NCBI GenBank assembly: GCA_964016885.1
Contig: OZ024741.1
Span: 6,882,001 to 6,946,000 of the forward strand
Direction: 5' to 3'
DNA from: Eledone cirrhosa
Lineage: Eukaryota
Length of the DNA stretch: 64,000 bases
A model generated the notes under the pieces. The model did not search any database. It had not been told where the DNA came from and saw only the letters and a program-made list of their open reading frames with translations. Positions 33,001-49,100 of this stretch are shown here, piece by piece (the first letter of the stretch is position 1; the number at the start of each line of letters is the position of its first letter). The position numbers were made by a program, and so were the translations under genes.

Positions 33001-33445
33001 ATAACATACTTCCTGGCTATATCACATACCTCCTAGCTATATAACATTCCTCCTGGCTATATAACATACCTACTGGTTATATAACATACCTACTGTCTAT
33101 ATAACATACCTACTGGCTATATAACATACCTCCTGGCTATATAACATACTTCCTGGCTATATCACATACCTCCTAGCTATATAACATACCTCCTGGCTAT
33201 ATAACATACCTACTGGTTATATAACATACCTACTGGCTATATAACATACCTACTGGCTATATAAATTACCTCCTGGCTATATAACATACCTACTGGTTAC
33301 ATCACATTCCTACTGGTTATATAACATACCCCCTAGCTATATAACATACCTCCTACCTATATAACATACCTGCTGGTTATAAAACATACCTCCTGGCTAT
33401 ATAACATACCTTCTGGTTATATAACATACCTCCTGGTTATATAAC
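18053..33445. repeat. Higher-order repeat, unit 5,120 bp (256 monomers), 3 near-identical tandem copies
   Basis: Markers recur at exactly +5120 and +10240: TCCTAGCTTT (18091/23211/28331), 19-bp monomer (20621/25741/30861), 21-bp monomer TAAAATTACC (22321/27441/32561), ATAACATTGC (20001/25121/30241), TCCTTTTTAT (22471/27591/32711). Confidence 0.95.
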
Positions 33446-36400
33446 AAACCTCCTAGCTATATAACATACCTTCTGGTTATATAACATGCCTCCTGGTTAT
33501 ATAACATACCTACTGGCTATATAACATACCTCCTGGCTATATAACATACCTACTGGCTATATAACATACCTCCTGGCTATACAACATACCTACCGGCTAT
33601 ATAACATACCTTCTGGCTATATAACTTACCTCCTAGCTATATAACATACCTTCTGGTTATATAACATACCTACTGGTTATATAACATACCTACTGGCTAT
33701 ATAACATACCTACTGGTTATATAACATACCTACTGTCTATATAACATACCTACTGGTTATATAACATACCTACTACCTATATAACATACCTACTGGCTAT
33801 ATAACATACCTACTGGCTATATAACATACCTACTGGTTATATAACATACCTTCTGGCTATATAAATTACCTCTTGGCTATATAACATACCTACTGGTTAT
33901 ATAACATATATACTGGCTATATAACTTACCTACTGGTTATTTAACATACCTCCTAGCTATATAACATAACTTCTGGTTATATAACATTGATACTGGGTAT
34001 ATAACATACCTCCTAGCAATATAACACCTCCTGGCTATATAACATACCTACTGGTTATATAACATACCTCCTAGCTATATAACATACCCCCTGGCTATAT
34101 AACATTCCTCCTGGTTATATAACATACCTACTGGTTATATAACATACCTCCTGGCTATATAACATACCTACTGGTTATATAACATACCTACTGGGTATAT
34201 AACATACCACCTAGCTATATAACATACCTCCTGGCTATATAACATACCTACTGGTTATATAACATAACTCCTGGCTATATACATACCTACTGGTTATATA
34301 ACATACCTCCTGGTTATATAACATACCTCCTAGCTATATAACATACCTTCTGGTTATATAACATGCCTCCTGGTTATATAACATACCTACTGGCTATATA
34401 ACATACCTCCTGGCTATATAACATACCTACTGGCTATATAACATACCTCCTGGTTATATAACATACCTACCGGCTATATAACATACCTTCTGGCTATATA
34501 ACTTACCTCCTGGCTATATAACATACCTTCTGGCTATATAACATACCTCCTAGCTATATAACATACCTCCTGGCTATATAACATACCTACCGGTTATATA
34601 ACATACCTCCTAGCTATATAACATACCTTCTGGTTATATAACATACCTTCTGGTTATATAACATACCTCCTGGATATATAACATACCTACTGGCTATATA
34701 ACATACCTACTGGCTATATAACATAGCTCCTGGCTATATAACATTCCTTCTGGCTATATAACATACCTCCTAGCTATATAACATATTTTCTGGTTATATA
34801 ACATAACTACTGTTTATATAACATACCTCCTAGCTGTATAACATACCTTCTGGTTATATAACATACTTTCTGGTTATATAACATACCTCCAGGCTATATA
34901 ACATACCTACTGGCTATATAAATTACCTCCTGGCTATATAACATACTTCCTGGCTATATCACATACCTCCTAGTTATATAACATACCTCCTAGTTCTATA
35001 ACAGACCTTCTAGTTATATAACATAACTACTGGTTATATAACATACCTCCTAGCTATATAACATACCTCCTGGCTATATAACATACCTCCTGGCTATATA
35101 ACATACCTACTGGTTATATAACATACCTACTGTTTATATAACATACCTACTGGCTATAAAACATACCTACTGGCTATATAACATACCTCCTGGCTATATA
35201 ACATACCTTCTGGCTATATAACATACCTCCTAGCTATATAACATACCTCCTGGCTATATAACATACCTACCGGTTATATAACATACCTCCTAGCTATATA
35301 ACATACCTTCTGGTTATATAACATAGTTTCTGGTTATATAACATACCTCCTGGCTATATAACATACCTACTGGCTATATAAAATTACCTCCTGGATATAT
35401 AACATAATTCCTGGCTATATCACATACCTCCTAGCTATATAACATTCCTCCTGGCTATATAACTTACCTACTGGTTATATAACATACCTACTGGTTATAT
35501 AACATACCACCTGGCTATATAACATACCTCCTTTTTATATAACATACCTCCTCGCTATATAACATACCTACCACCTATATAACATACCTTCTGGCTATAT
35601 AACTTACCTCCTGGCTATATAACATACCTACTGGTTATATAACATACCTACTGGCTATGTAACATACCTTCTGACTATATAACTTACCTCCTGGCTATAT
35701 AACATATCTACTGGTTATATAACATATATACTGGTTATATAACTTACCTACTGGTTATATAACATACCTACTGGATATATAACATACCTACTGGTTATAT
35801 AACATACCTACTGGCTATATAACATACCTACTGTCTATATAACATACCTACTGGCTATATAACATACTTCCTGGCTATATCACATACTTCCTAGCTATAT
35901 AACATTCCTCCTGGCTATATAACATACCTATTGGTTATATAACATAGCTACTGGCTATATAACATACATACTGGCTATATAAATTACCTCCTGGCTATAT
36001 AACATACCTACTGGTTATGTAACATACCCACTGGGTATATAACATACCACCTAGCTATATAACATACCACGTAGCTATATAACATACCTCCTACCTATAT
36101 AACATACCTTCTGGTTATATAACATGCCTCCTGGTTATATAACATACCTACTGGCTATATAACATACCTCCTGGCTATATAACATACCTACTGGCTATAT
36201 AACATACCTCCTGGCTATATAACATACCTACCGGCTATATAACATACCTTCTGGCTATATAACTTACCTCCTAGCTATATAACATACCTTCTGGTTATAT
36301 AACATACCTCCTGGCTATATAAGATAACTACTGGCTATATAACATACCTACTGGCTATATAACATACCACCTGGCTATATAACATACCTACTGGTTATAT

Positions 36401-36799
36401 AACATACCTACTGGTTATATAACATACCTACTGGCTATATAACATACCTACTGGCTATATAACATAGCTCCTGGCTATATAACATTCCTTCTGGCTATAT
36501 AACATACCTCCTAGCTATATAACATATTTTCTGGTTATATAACATAACTACTGGTTATATAACATACCTCCTAGCTATATAACATACCTTCTGGTTATAT
36601 AACATACCTTCTGGTTATATAACATACCTCCAGGCTATATAACATACCTACTGGCTATATAAATTACCTCCTGGCTATATAACATATATCCTGGCTATAT
36701 CACATACCTCCTAGCTATATAACATTCCTCCTGGCTATATAACATACCTACTGGTTATATAACATACCTACTGGCTATATAATATAACATACCTACTGG

Positions 36800-38180
36800 C
36801 TATATAAAATACCTACTGATTATATAACATACCTACTGGCTATATAACATACCTACTGTCTATATAACATACCTACTGGCTATATAACATACCTCCTGGC
36901 TATATAACATACTTCCTGGCTATATCACATACCTCCTAGCTATATAACATTCCTCCTAGCTATATAACATACCTTCTGGTTATATAACATACCTCCTGGC
37001 TATATAAGATAATTACTGGCTATATAACATACCTACTGGCTATATAACATACCTCCTGGCTATATAACATACATACTGGTTATATAACATACCTACTGGT
37101 TATATAACATACCTACTGGCTATATAACTTACCTACTGGCTATATAACATAGCTCCTGGCTATATAACATACCTTCTGGCTATATAACATACCTACTGGT
37201 TATATAACATACCTACTGTCTATATAACATACCTACTGGCTATATAACATACCTCCTGGCTATATAACATACCTTCTGGTTATATAACATAACTACGGGT
37301 TATATAACATACCTCCAGCCTAAATAACACACCTACTGGCTATATAAATTACCTCCTGGCTATATAACATAATTCCTGGCTCTATCACATACCTCCTAGC
37401 TATATAACATTCCTCCTGGCTATATAACATACCTACTGGTTATATAACATACCTACTGGCTATATAAAATACCTACTGATTATATAACATACCTACTGGC
37501 TATATAACATACCTACTGTCTATATAACATACCTACTGGCTATATAACATACCTCCTGGCTATATAACATACTTCCTGGCTATAACACATACCTCCTAGC
37601 TATATAACATTCCTCCTAGCTATATAACATACCTTCTGGTTATATAACATACCTCCTGGCTATATAAGATAATTACTGGCTATATAACATACCTACTGGC
37701 TATATAACATACCTCCTGGCTATATAACATACATACTGGTTATATAACATACCTACTGGTTATATAACATACCTACTGGCTATATAACTTACCTACTGGC
37801 TATATAACATAGCTCCTGGCTATATAACATACCTTCTGGCTATATAACATACCTACTGGTTATATAACATACCTACTGTCTATATAACATACCTACTGGC
37901 TATATAACATACCTCCTGGCTATATAACATACCTTCTGGTTATATAACATAACTACGGGTTATATAACATACCTCCTAGCTATATAACATACCTTCTGGT
38001 TATATAACATATCTTCTGGTTATATAACATACCTCCAGGCTAAATAACACACCTACTGGCTATATAAATTACCTCCTGGCTATATAACATAATTCCTGGC
38101 TCTATCACATACCTCCTAGCTATATAACATTCCTCCTGGCTATATAACATACCTACTGGTTATATAACATACCTACTGGC
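36800..38180. repeat. Tandem duplication, unit about 660 bp (33 monomers); the second copy has about 60 bp extra
   Basis: TATATAAAAT ACCTACTGAT (36801/37461), AAGATAATTACT (37011/37671) and AACTACGGGT (37291/37951) all recur at +660. Confidence 0.85.
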
Positions 38181-41100
38181 TATATAACATACCTCCTCGC
38201 TATATAACATACCTACCGGCTATATAACATACCTTCTGGCTATATAACTTACCTCCTGGCTATATAACATACCTACTGGTTATATTACATACCTACTGGC
38301 TATATAACATACCTTCTGGCTATATAACTTACCTCCTGGCTATATAACATACCTACTGGTTATATAACATATATACTGGCTATATAACTTACCTACTGGT
38401 TATATAACATACCTACTGGCTATATAACATACCTACTGGTTATATAACATACCTACTGGCTATATAACATACCTACTGGTAATATAACATACCTACTGTC
38501 TATATAACATACCTACTGGCTATATAACATACCTCCTGGCTATATAACATACTTCCTGGCTATATCACATACTTCCTAGCTATATAACATTCCTCCTGGC
38601 TATACAACATACCTACTGGTTATATAACATACCTACTGGCTATATAACATACCTACTGTCTATATAACATACCTACTGGCTATATAACATACCTCCTGGC
38701 TATATAACATACTTCCTGGCTATATCACATATCTCCTAGCTATATAACATTCCTCCTGGCTATATAACATACCTACTGGTTATATAACATACCTACTGTC
38801 TATATAACATACCTACTGGCTATATAACATACCTCCTGGCTATATAACATACTTCCTGGCTATATCACATACCTCCTAGCTATATAACATTCCTCCTGGC
38901 TATATAACATACCTACTGGTTATATAACATACCTACTGGCTATATAACATACCTACTGGCTATATAAATTACCTCCTGGCTATATAACATACCTACTGGT
39001 TATATAACATTCCTACTGGTTATATAACATACCACCTAGCTATATAACATACCTCCTACCTATATAACATACCTTCTGGTTATATAACATACCTCCTGGC
39101 TATATAACATAACTACTGGTTATATAACATACCACCTGGTTATATAACATACATCCTAGCTATATAACATATCTTCTGGTTATATAACATGCCTCCTGGT
39201 TATATAACATACCTCCTGGCTATATAACATATCTCCTGGCTATATAACATACCTACTGTCTATATAACATACCTCCTGTCTATATAACATACCTACCGGC
39301 TATATAACATACCTTCTGGCTATATAATTTACCTCCTTGCTATATAACATACCTTCTGTTTATATAACATGCCTCCTGGTTATATAACTTACCTACTGGC
39401 TATATAACATACCTCCTGGCTATATAACATACCTAATGGCTATATAACATACCTCCTGGCTATATAACATACCTACTGGTTATATAACATACCTACTGGT
39501 TATATAACATACCTACTGGCTATATAACATATCTTCTGGCTATATAACTTACCTCCTAGCTATATAACATACCTTCTGGTTATATAACATACCTCCTTGC
39601 TATATAAGATACCTACTGGCTATATAACATACCTACTGGCTATATAACATACCTCCTGGCTATATAACATACCTACTGGTTATATAACATACCTACTGGT
39701 TATATAACATACCTACTGGCTATATAACATACCTACTGGCTATATAACATACCTCCTGGCTATATAATATATCTTCTGGCTATATAACATACCTCCTAGC
39801 TATATAACATACCCCCTGGCTATATAACATACCTACTGGTTATATAACATACCTCCTAGCTATATAACATACCTTCTGGTTATATAACATAACTACTGGT
39901 TATATAACACACCTCCTAGCTATATAACATACCTTCTGGTTATATAACATACCTCCAGGCTATATAACATACCTACTGTCTATATAAATTACCTCCTGGC
40001 TATATAACATACTTCCAGGCTATATCACATACCTCCTACCTATATAACATTCCTCCTGGCTATATAACATACCTACTGGTTATATAACATACCTACTGGC
40101 TATATATAACATACCTACTGGCTATATAACATACCTACTGGTTATATAACATACCTACTGGCTATATAACATACCTACTGTCTATATAACATACCTACTG
40201 GCTATATAACATACCTCCTGGCTATATAACATACTTCCTGGCTATATCACATACCTCCTAGCTATATAACATTCCTCCTGGCTATATAACATACCTACTG
40301 GTTATATAACATACCTACTGTCTATATAACATACCTACTGGCCATATAACATACCTCCTGGCTATATAACATACTTCCTGGCTATATCACATACCTCCTA
40401 GCTATATAACATTCTTCCTGGCTATATAACATACCTACTGGTTATATAACATACCTACTGGCTATATAACATATCTACTGGCTATATAAATTACCTCCTG
40501 GCTATATAACATACCTACTAGCTATATAACATTCCTACTGGTTATATAACATACCACCTAGCTATATAACATACCTCCTACCCATATAACATACCTTCTG
40601 GTTATATAACATACCTCCTGGCTATATAACATACCTACTGGTTATATAACATACCTCATGGTTATATAACATACCTACTGGCTATATAACATACCTCCTG
40701 GCTATATAACATACCTACTGGCTATATAACATACCTCCTGGCTATATAACATACCTACCGGCTATATAACATACCTTCTGGCTATATAACTTACCTCCTA
40801 GCTATATAACATAAATTCTGGTTATATCACATACCTCCTGGCTATATAACATACCTACTGGCTATATAACATACCTACTGGTTATATAAGATACCTACTG
40901 GCTATATAACATACCACCTGGCTATATAACATACCTCCTGGCTATATAACATACCTCCTCGCTATATAACATACCTACAGGCTATATAACATACCTTCTG
41001 GCTATATAACTTACCTCCTGGCTATATAACATACCTACTGGTTATATAACATACCTACTGGCTATATAACATACCTTCTGGCTATATAACTTACCTCCTG

Positions 41101-41799
41101 GCTATATAACATACCTACTGGTTATATAACATATATACTGGCTATATAACTTACCTACTGGTTATATAACATACCTACTGGCTATATAACATACCTACTG
41201 GTTATATAACATACCTACTGGCTATATAACATACCTACTGGTTATATAACATACCTACTACCTATATAACATACCTACTGGCTATATAACATACCTACTG
41301 GCTATATAACATACCTACTAGTTATATAACATACCTTCTGGCTATATAAATTACCTCTTGGCTATATAACATACCTACTGGTTATATAACATACCTACTG
41401 GCTATATAACATACCTACTGGCTATATAACATACCTCCTGGCTATATAACATACCTTCTGTCTATATAACATACCTCCTAGCTATATAACATACCTCCTG
41501 GCTATATAACATACCTACTGGTTATATAACATACCTCCTAGCTATATAACATACTTTCTGGTTATATAACATAACTACTGGTTATATAACATACCTCCTA
41601 GCTATATAACATAACTTCTGGTTATATAACATACCTTGTGGTTATATAACATACCTCCTGGCTATATAACATACCTACTGGCTATATAAATTACCCCCTG
41701 GTTATATAACATACTTCCTGGCTATATCACATACCTCCTAGCTATATAACATTCCTCCTGGCTATATAACATACCTACTGGTTATATAACATACCTACT

Positions 41800-44700
41800 G
41801 GCTATATAACTTACCTACTGTCTATATAACATACCTACTGGCTATATAACATACCTCCTGGCTATATAACATACTTCCTGGCTATATCACATACCTCCTA
41901 GCTATATAACATTCCTCCTGGCTATATAACATACCTACTGGTTATATAACATACCTACTGTCTATATAACATACCTACTGGCTATATAACATACCTTCTG
42001 GCTATATAACATACTTCCTGGCTATATCACATACCTCCTAGCTATATAACATTCCTCCTGGCTATATAACATACCTACTGGTTATATAACATACCTACTG
42101 GCTATATAACATACCTACTGGCTATATAACATAGCTCCTGGCTATATAACATACCTTCTGACTATATAACATACCTACTGGTTATATAACATACCTACTG
42201 TCTATATAACATACCTACTGGCTATATAACATACCTCCTGGCTATATAACATACCTTCTGGTTATATAACATAACTACGGGTTATATAACATACCTCCTA
42301 GCTATATAACATACCTTCTGGTTATATAACATATCTTCTGGTTATATAACATACCTCCAGGCTAAATAACACACCTACTGGCTATATAAATTACCTCCTG
42401 GCTATATAACATAATTCCTGGCTATATCACATACCTCCTAGCTATATAACATTCCTCCTGGCTATATAACATACCTACTGGTTATATAACATACCTACTG
42501 GCTATATAACATACCACCTGGCTATATAACATACGTCCTTTTTATATAACATACCTCCTCGATATATAACATACCTACCGGCTATATAACATACCTTCTG
42601 GCTATATAACTTACCTCCTGGCTATACAACATACCTACTGGTTATATTACATACCTACTGGCTATATAACATACCTTCTGGCTATATAACTTACCTCCTG
42701 GCTATATAACATACCTACTGGTTATATAACATATATACTGGCTATATAACTTACCTACTGGTTATATAACATACCTACTGGCTATATAACATACCTACTG
42801 GTTATATAACATACCTACTGGCTATATAACATACCTACTGGCTATATAACATACCTACTGTCTATATAACATACCTACTGGCTATATAACATACCTCCTG
42901 GCTATATAACATACTTCCTGGCTATATCACATATCTCCTAGCTATATAACATTCCTCCTGGCTATATAACATACCTACTGGTTATATAACATACCTACTG
43001 TCTATATAACATACCTACTGGCTATATAACATACCTCCTGGCTATATAACATACTTCCTGGCTATATCACATACCTCCTAGCTATATAACATTCCTCCTG
43101 GCTATATAACATACCTACTGGTTATATAACATACCTACTGGCTATATAACATACCTACTGGCTATATAAATTACCTCCTGGCTATATAACATACCTACTG
43201 GTTATATAACATTCCTACTGGTTATATAACATACCACCTAGCTATATAACATACCTCCTACCTATATAACATACCTTCTGGTTATATAACATACCTCCTG
43301 GCTATATAACATAACTACTGGTTATATAACATACCTCCTGGTTATATAACATACATCCTAGCTATATAACATATCTTCTGGTTATATAACATGCCTCCTG
43401 GTTATATAACATACCTCCTGGCTATATAACATATCTCCTGGCTATATAACATACCTACTGTCTATATAACATACCTCCTGTGTATATAACATACCTACCG
43501 GCTATATAACATACCTTCTGGCTATATAATTTACCTCCTTGCTATATAACATACCTTCTGTTTATATAACATGCCTCCTGGTTATATAACTTACCTACTG
43601 GCTATATAACATACCTCCTGGCTATATAACATACCTAATGGCTATATAACATACCTCCTGGCTATATAACATACCTACTGGTTATATAACATACCTACTG
43701 GCTATATAACATACCTACTGGCTATATAACATATCTTCTGGCTATATAACTTACCTCCTAGCTATATAACATACCTTCTGGTTATATAACATACCTCCTT
43801 GCTATATAAGATACCTACTGGCTATATAACATACTACTGGCTATATAACATACCTCCTGGCTATATAACATACCTACTGGTTATATAACATACCTACTGG
43901 TTATATAACATACCTAATTGGCTATATAACTTACCTCCTGTCTATATAACATACCTACTGGCTATATAACATACCTCCTGGCTATATAACATACTTCCTG
44001 GCTATATCACATACCTCCTAGCTATATAACATTCCTCCTGGCTATATAACATACCTACTGGTTATATAACATACCTACTGTCTATATAACATACCTACTG
44101 GCTATATAACATACCTTCTGGCTATATAACATACTTCCTGGCTATATCACATACCTCCTAGCTATATAACATTCCTCCTGGCTATATAACATACCTACTG
44201 GTTATATAACATACCTACTGGCTATATAACATACCTACTGGCTATATAACATAGCTCCTGGCTATATAACATACCTTCTGGCTATATAACATACCTACTG
44301 GTTATATAACATACCTACTGTCTATATAACATACCTACTGGCTATATAACATACCTCCTGGCTATATAACATACCTTCTGGTTATATAACATAACTACGG
44401 GTTATATAACATACCTCCTAGCTATATAACATACCTTCTGGTTATATAACATATCTTCTGGTTATATAACATACCTCCAGGCTAAATAACACACGTACTG
44501 GCTATATAAATTACCTCCTGGCTATATAACATAATTCCTGGCTATATCACATACCTCCTAGCTATATAACATTCCTCCTGGCTATATAACATACCTACTG
44601 GTTATATAACATACCTACTGGCTATATAACATACCACCTGGCTATATAACATACGTCCTTTTTATATAACATACCTCCTCGCTATATAACATACCTACCG

Positions 44701-46170
44701 GCTATATAACATACCTTCTGGCTATATAACTTACCTCCTGGCTATATAACATACCTACTGGTTATATTACATACCTACTGGCTATATAACATACCTTCTG
44801 GCTATATAACTTACCTCCTGGCTATATAACATACCTACTGGTTATATAACATATATACTGGCTATATAACTTACCTACTGGTTATATAACATACCTACTG
44901 GCTATATAACATACCTACTGGTTATATAACATACCTACTGGCTATATAACATACCTACTGGTAATATAACATACCTACTGTCTATATAACATACCTACTG
45001 GCTATATAACATACCTCCTGGCTATATAACATACTTCCTGGCTATATCACATACTTCCTAGCTATATAAAATTCCTCCTGGCTATACAACATACCTACTG
45101 GTTATATAACATACCTACTGGCTATATAACATACCTACTGTCTATATAACATACCTACTGGCTATATAACATACCTCCTGGCTATATAACATACTTCCTG
45201 GCTATATCACATATCTCCTAGCTATATAACATTCCTCCTGGCTATATAACATACCTACTGGTTATATAACATACCTACTGTCTATATAACATACCTACTG
45301 GCTATATAACATACCTCCTGGCTATATAACATACTTCCTGGCTATATCACATACCTCCTAGCTATATAACATTCCTCCTGGCTATATAACATACCTACTG
45401 GTTATATAACATACCTACTGGCTATATAACATACCTACTGGCTATATAAATTACCTCCTGGCTATATAACATACCTACTGGTTATATAACATTCCTACTG
45501 GTTATATAACATACCACCTAGCTATATAACATACCTCCTACCTATATAACATACCTTCTGGTTATATAACATACCTCCTGGCTATATAACATAACTACTG
45601 GTTATATAACATACCTCCTGGTTATATAACATACATCCTAGCTATATAACATATCTTCTGGTTATATAACATACCTCCTGGCTATATAACATATCTCCTG
45701 GCTATATAACATACCTACTGTCTATATAACATACCTCCTGTCTATATAACATACCTACCGGCTATATAACATACCTTCTGGCTATATAATTTACCTCCTT
45801 GCTATATAACATACCTTCTGTTTATATAACATGCCTCCTGGTTATATAACTTACCTACTGGCTATATAACATACCTCCTGGCTATATAACATACCTAATG
45901 GCTATATAACATACCTCCTGGCTATATAACATACCTACTGGTTATATAACATACCTACTGGCTATATAACATACCTACTGGCTATATAACATATCTTCTG
46001 GCTATATAACTTACCTCCTAGCTATATAACATACCTTCTGGTTATATAACATACCTCCTTGCTATATAAGATACCTACTGGCTATATAACATACTACTGG
46101 CTATATAACATACCTCCTGGCTATATAACATACCTACTGGTTATATAACATACCTACTGGTTATATAACA
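41800..46170. repeat. Tandem duplication, unit about 2.12-2.26 kb, 2 copies differing by whole-monomer indels
   Basis: ATAACTACGG (42271/44391) and ATACGTCCTT (42531/44651) recur at +2120; the 19-bp monomer ATACTACTGG (43831/46091) recurs at +2260. Confidence 0.85.
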
Positions 46171-49100
46171 TACCTACTGGCTATATAACATACCTACTGG
46201 CTATATAACATACCTCCTGGCTATATAATATACCTTCTGGCTATATAACATACCTCCTAGCTATATAACATACCCCCTGGCTATATAACATACCTACTGG
46301 TTATATAACATACCTACTGGCTATATAACATATCTACTGGCTATATAAATTACCTCCTGGCTATATAACATACCTACTAGCTATATAACATTCCTACTGG
46401 TTATATAACATACCTCCTGGCTATATAACATACCTACTGGTTATATAACATACCTCCTGGTTGTATAACATACCTCCTAGCTATATAACATACCTTCTGG
46501 TTATATAACATGCCTCCTGGTTATATAACATACCTACTGGCTATATAACATACCTCCTGGCTATATAACATACCTACTGGCTATATAACATACCTCCTGG
46601 CTATATAACATACCTACCGGCTATATAACATACCTTCTGGCTATATAACTTACCTCCTAGCTATATAACATAAATTCTGGTTATATCACATACCTCCTGG
46701 CTATATAACATACCTACTGGCTATATAACATACCTACTGGTTATATAAGATACCTACTGGCTATATAACATACCACCTGGCTATATAACATACCTCCTGG
46801 CTATATAACATACCTCCTCGCTATATAACATACCTACAGGCTATATAACATACCTTCTGGCTATATAACTTACCTCCTGGCTATATAACATACCTACTGG
46901 TTATATAACATACCTACTGGCTATATAACATAATTCTGGCTATATAACTTACCTCCTGGCTATATAACATACCTACTGGTTATATAACATATATACTGGC
47001 TATATAACTTACCTACTGGTTATATAACATACCTACTGGCTATATAACATACCTACTGGTTATATAACATACCTACTGGCTATATAACATACCTACTGGT
47101 TATATAACATACCTACTACCTATATAACATACCTACCGGCTATATAACATACCTACTGGCTATATAACATACCTACTAGTTATATAACATACCTTCTGGC
47201 TATATAAATTACCTCTTGGCTATATAACATACCTACTGGTTATATAACATACCTACTGGCTATATAACATACCTACTGGCTATATAACATACCTCCTGGC
47301 TATATAACATACCTTCTGTCTATATAACATACCTCCTAGCTATATAACATACCTCCTGGCTATATAACATACCTACTGGTTATATAACATACCTCCTAGC
47401 TATATAACATACTTTCTGGTTATATAACGTAACTACCGGTTATATAACATACCTCCTAGCTATATAACATAAATTCTGGTTATATAACATACCTTGTGGT
47501 TATATAACATACCTCCTGGCTATATAACATACCTACTGGCTATATAAATTACCCCCTGGTTATATAACATACTTCCTGGCTATATCACATACCTCCTAGC
47601 TATATAACATTCCTCCTGGCTATATAACATACCTACTGGTTATATAACATACCTACTGGCTATATAACTTACCTACTGTCTATATAACATAACTACTGGC
47701 TATATAAGATACCTCCTGGCTATATAACATACTTCCTGGCTATATCACATACCTCCTAGCTATATAACATTCCTCCTGGCTATATAACATACCTACTGGT
47801 TATATAACATACCTACTGTCTATATAACATACCTACTGGCTATATAACATACCTTCTGGCTATATAACATACTTCCTGGCTATATCACATACCTCCTAGC
47901 TATATAGCATTCCTCCTGGCTATATAACATACCTACTGGTTATATAACATACCTACTGGCTATATAACATACCTACTGGTTATATAACATACCTACTGGG
48001 TATATAACATACCACCTAGCTATATAACATACCTCCTACCTATATAACATACCTTCTGGTTATATAACATGCCTCCTGGTTATATAACATACCTACTGGC
48101 TATATAACATACCTCCTGGCTATATAACATACCTACTGGCTATATAACATACCTCCTGGCTATATAACATACCTACCGGCTATATAACATACCTTCTGGC
48201 TATATAACTTACCTCATAGCTATATAACATACATACCTTCTGGTTATATAACATACCTCCTGGCTATATAAGATACTTACTGGCTATATAACATACCTAC
48301 TGGCTATATGACATACCTCCTGGCTATATAACATACTTACTGGCTATATAACATACCTCCTGGCTATATAACATACCTTCTGGCTATATAACATACCTAC
48401 TGGCTATATAACATACCTCCTTTTTATATAATATACCTCCTCGCTATATAACATACCTCCTGGCTATATAACATACCTTCTGGTTATATAACATAACTAC
48501 TGGTTATATAACATACATCCTAGCTATATAACATAACTTCTGGTTATATAACATATCTTCTGGTTTTATAACATACCTCCTGGCTATATAACATAACTAC
48601 TGGCTATAGAAATTACCTCCTGGCTATATAACATACTTCCTGGCTATATCACATACCTCCTAGCTATATAACATTCCTCCTGGCTATATAACATACCTAC
48701 TGGTTATATAACATAACTACTGTCTATATAACATACCTACTGGCTATATAAACTACCTCCTGGCTATATAACATACCTACTAGTTATATAACATTCCTAC
48801 TGGTTATATAACATACCACCTAGCTATATAACATACCTCCTACCTATATAACATACCTTCTGGTTATATAACATACCTCCTGGCTATATAACATACCTAC
48901 TGGTTATATAACATACCTCCTGGATATATAACATACCTCCTAGCTATATAACATACCTTCTGGTTATATAACAAGCCTCCTGGTTATATAACATACCTAC
49001 TGGCTATATAACATACCTCCTGGCTATATAACATACCTACTGGCTATATAACATACCTCCTGGCTATATAACATACCTTCTGGCTATATAACTTACCTCC

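Noticed and set aside
18053-33445. 256 = 2^8 monomers as evidence of successive doublings or synthetic design
   Set aside because: The unit has no matching halves or quarters (internal repeats are at 680 and 4060 bp), and other units have 33, 76 and 106 monomers, so the number looks coincidental.
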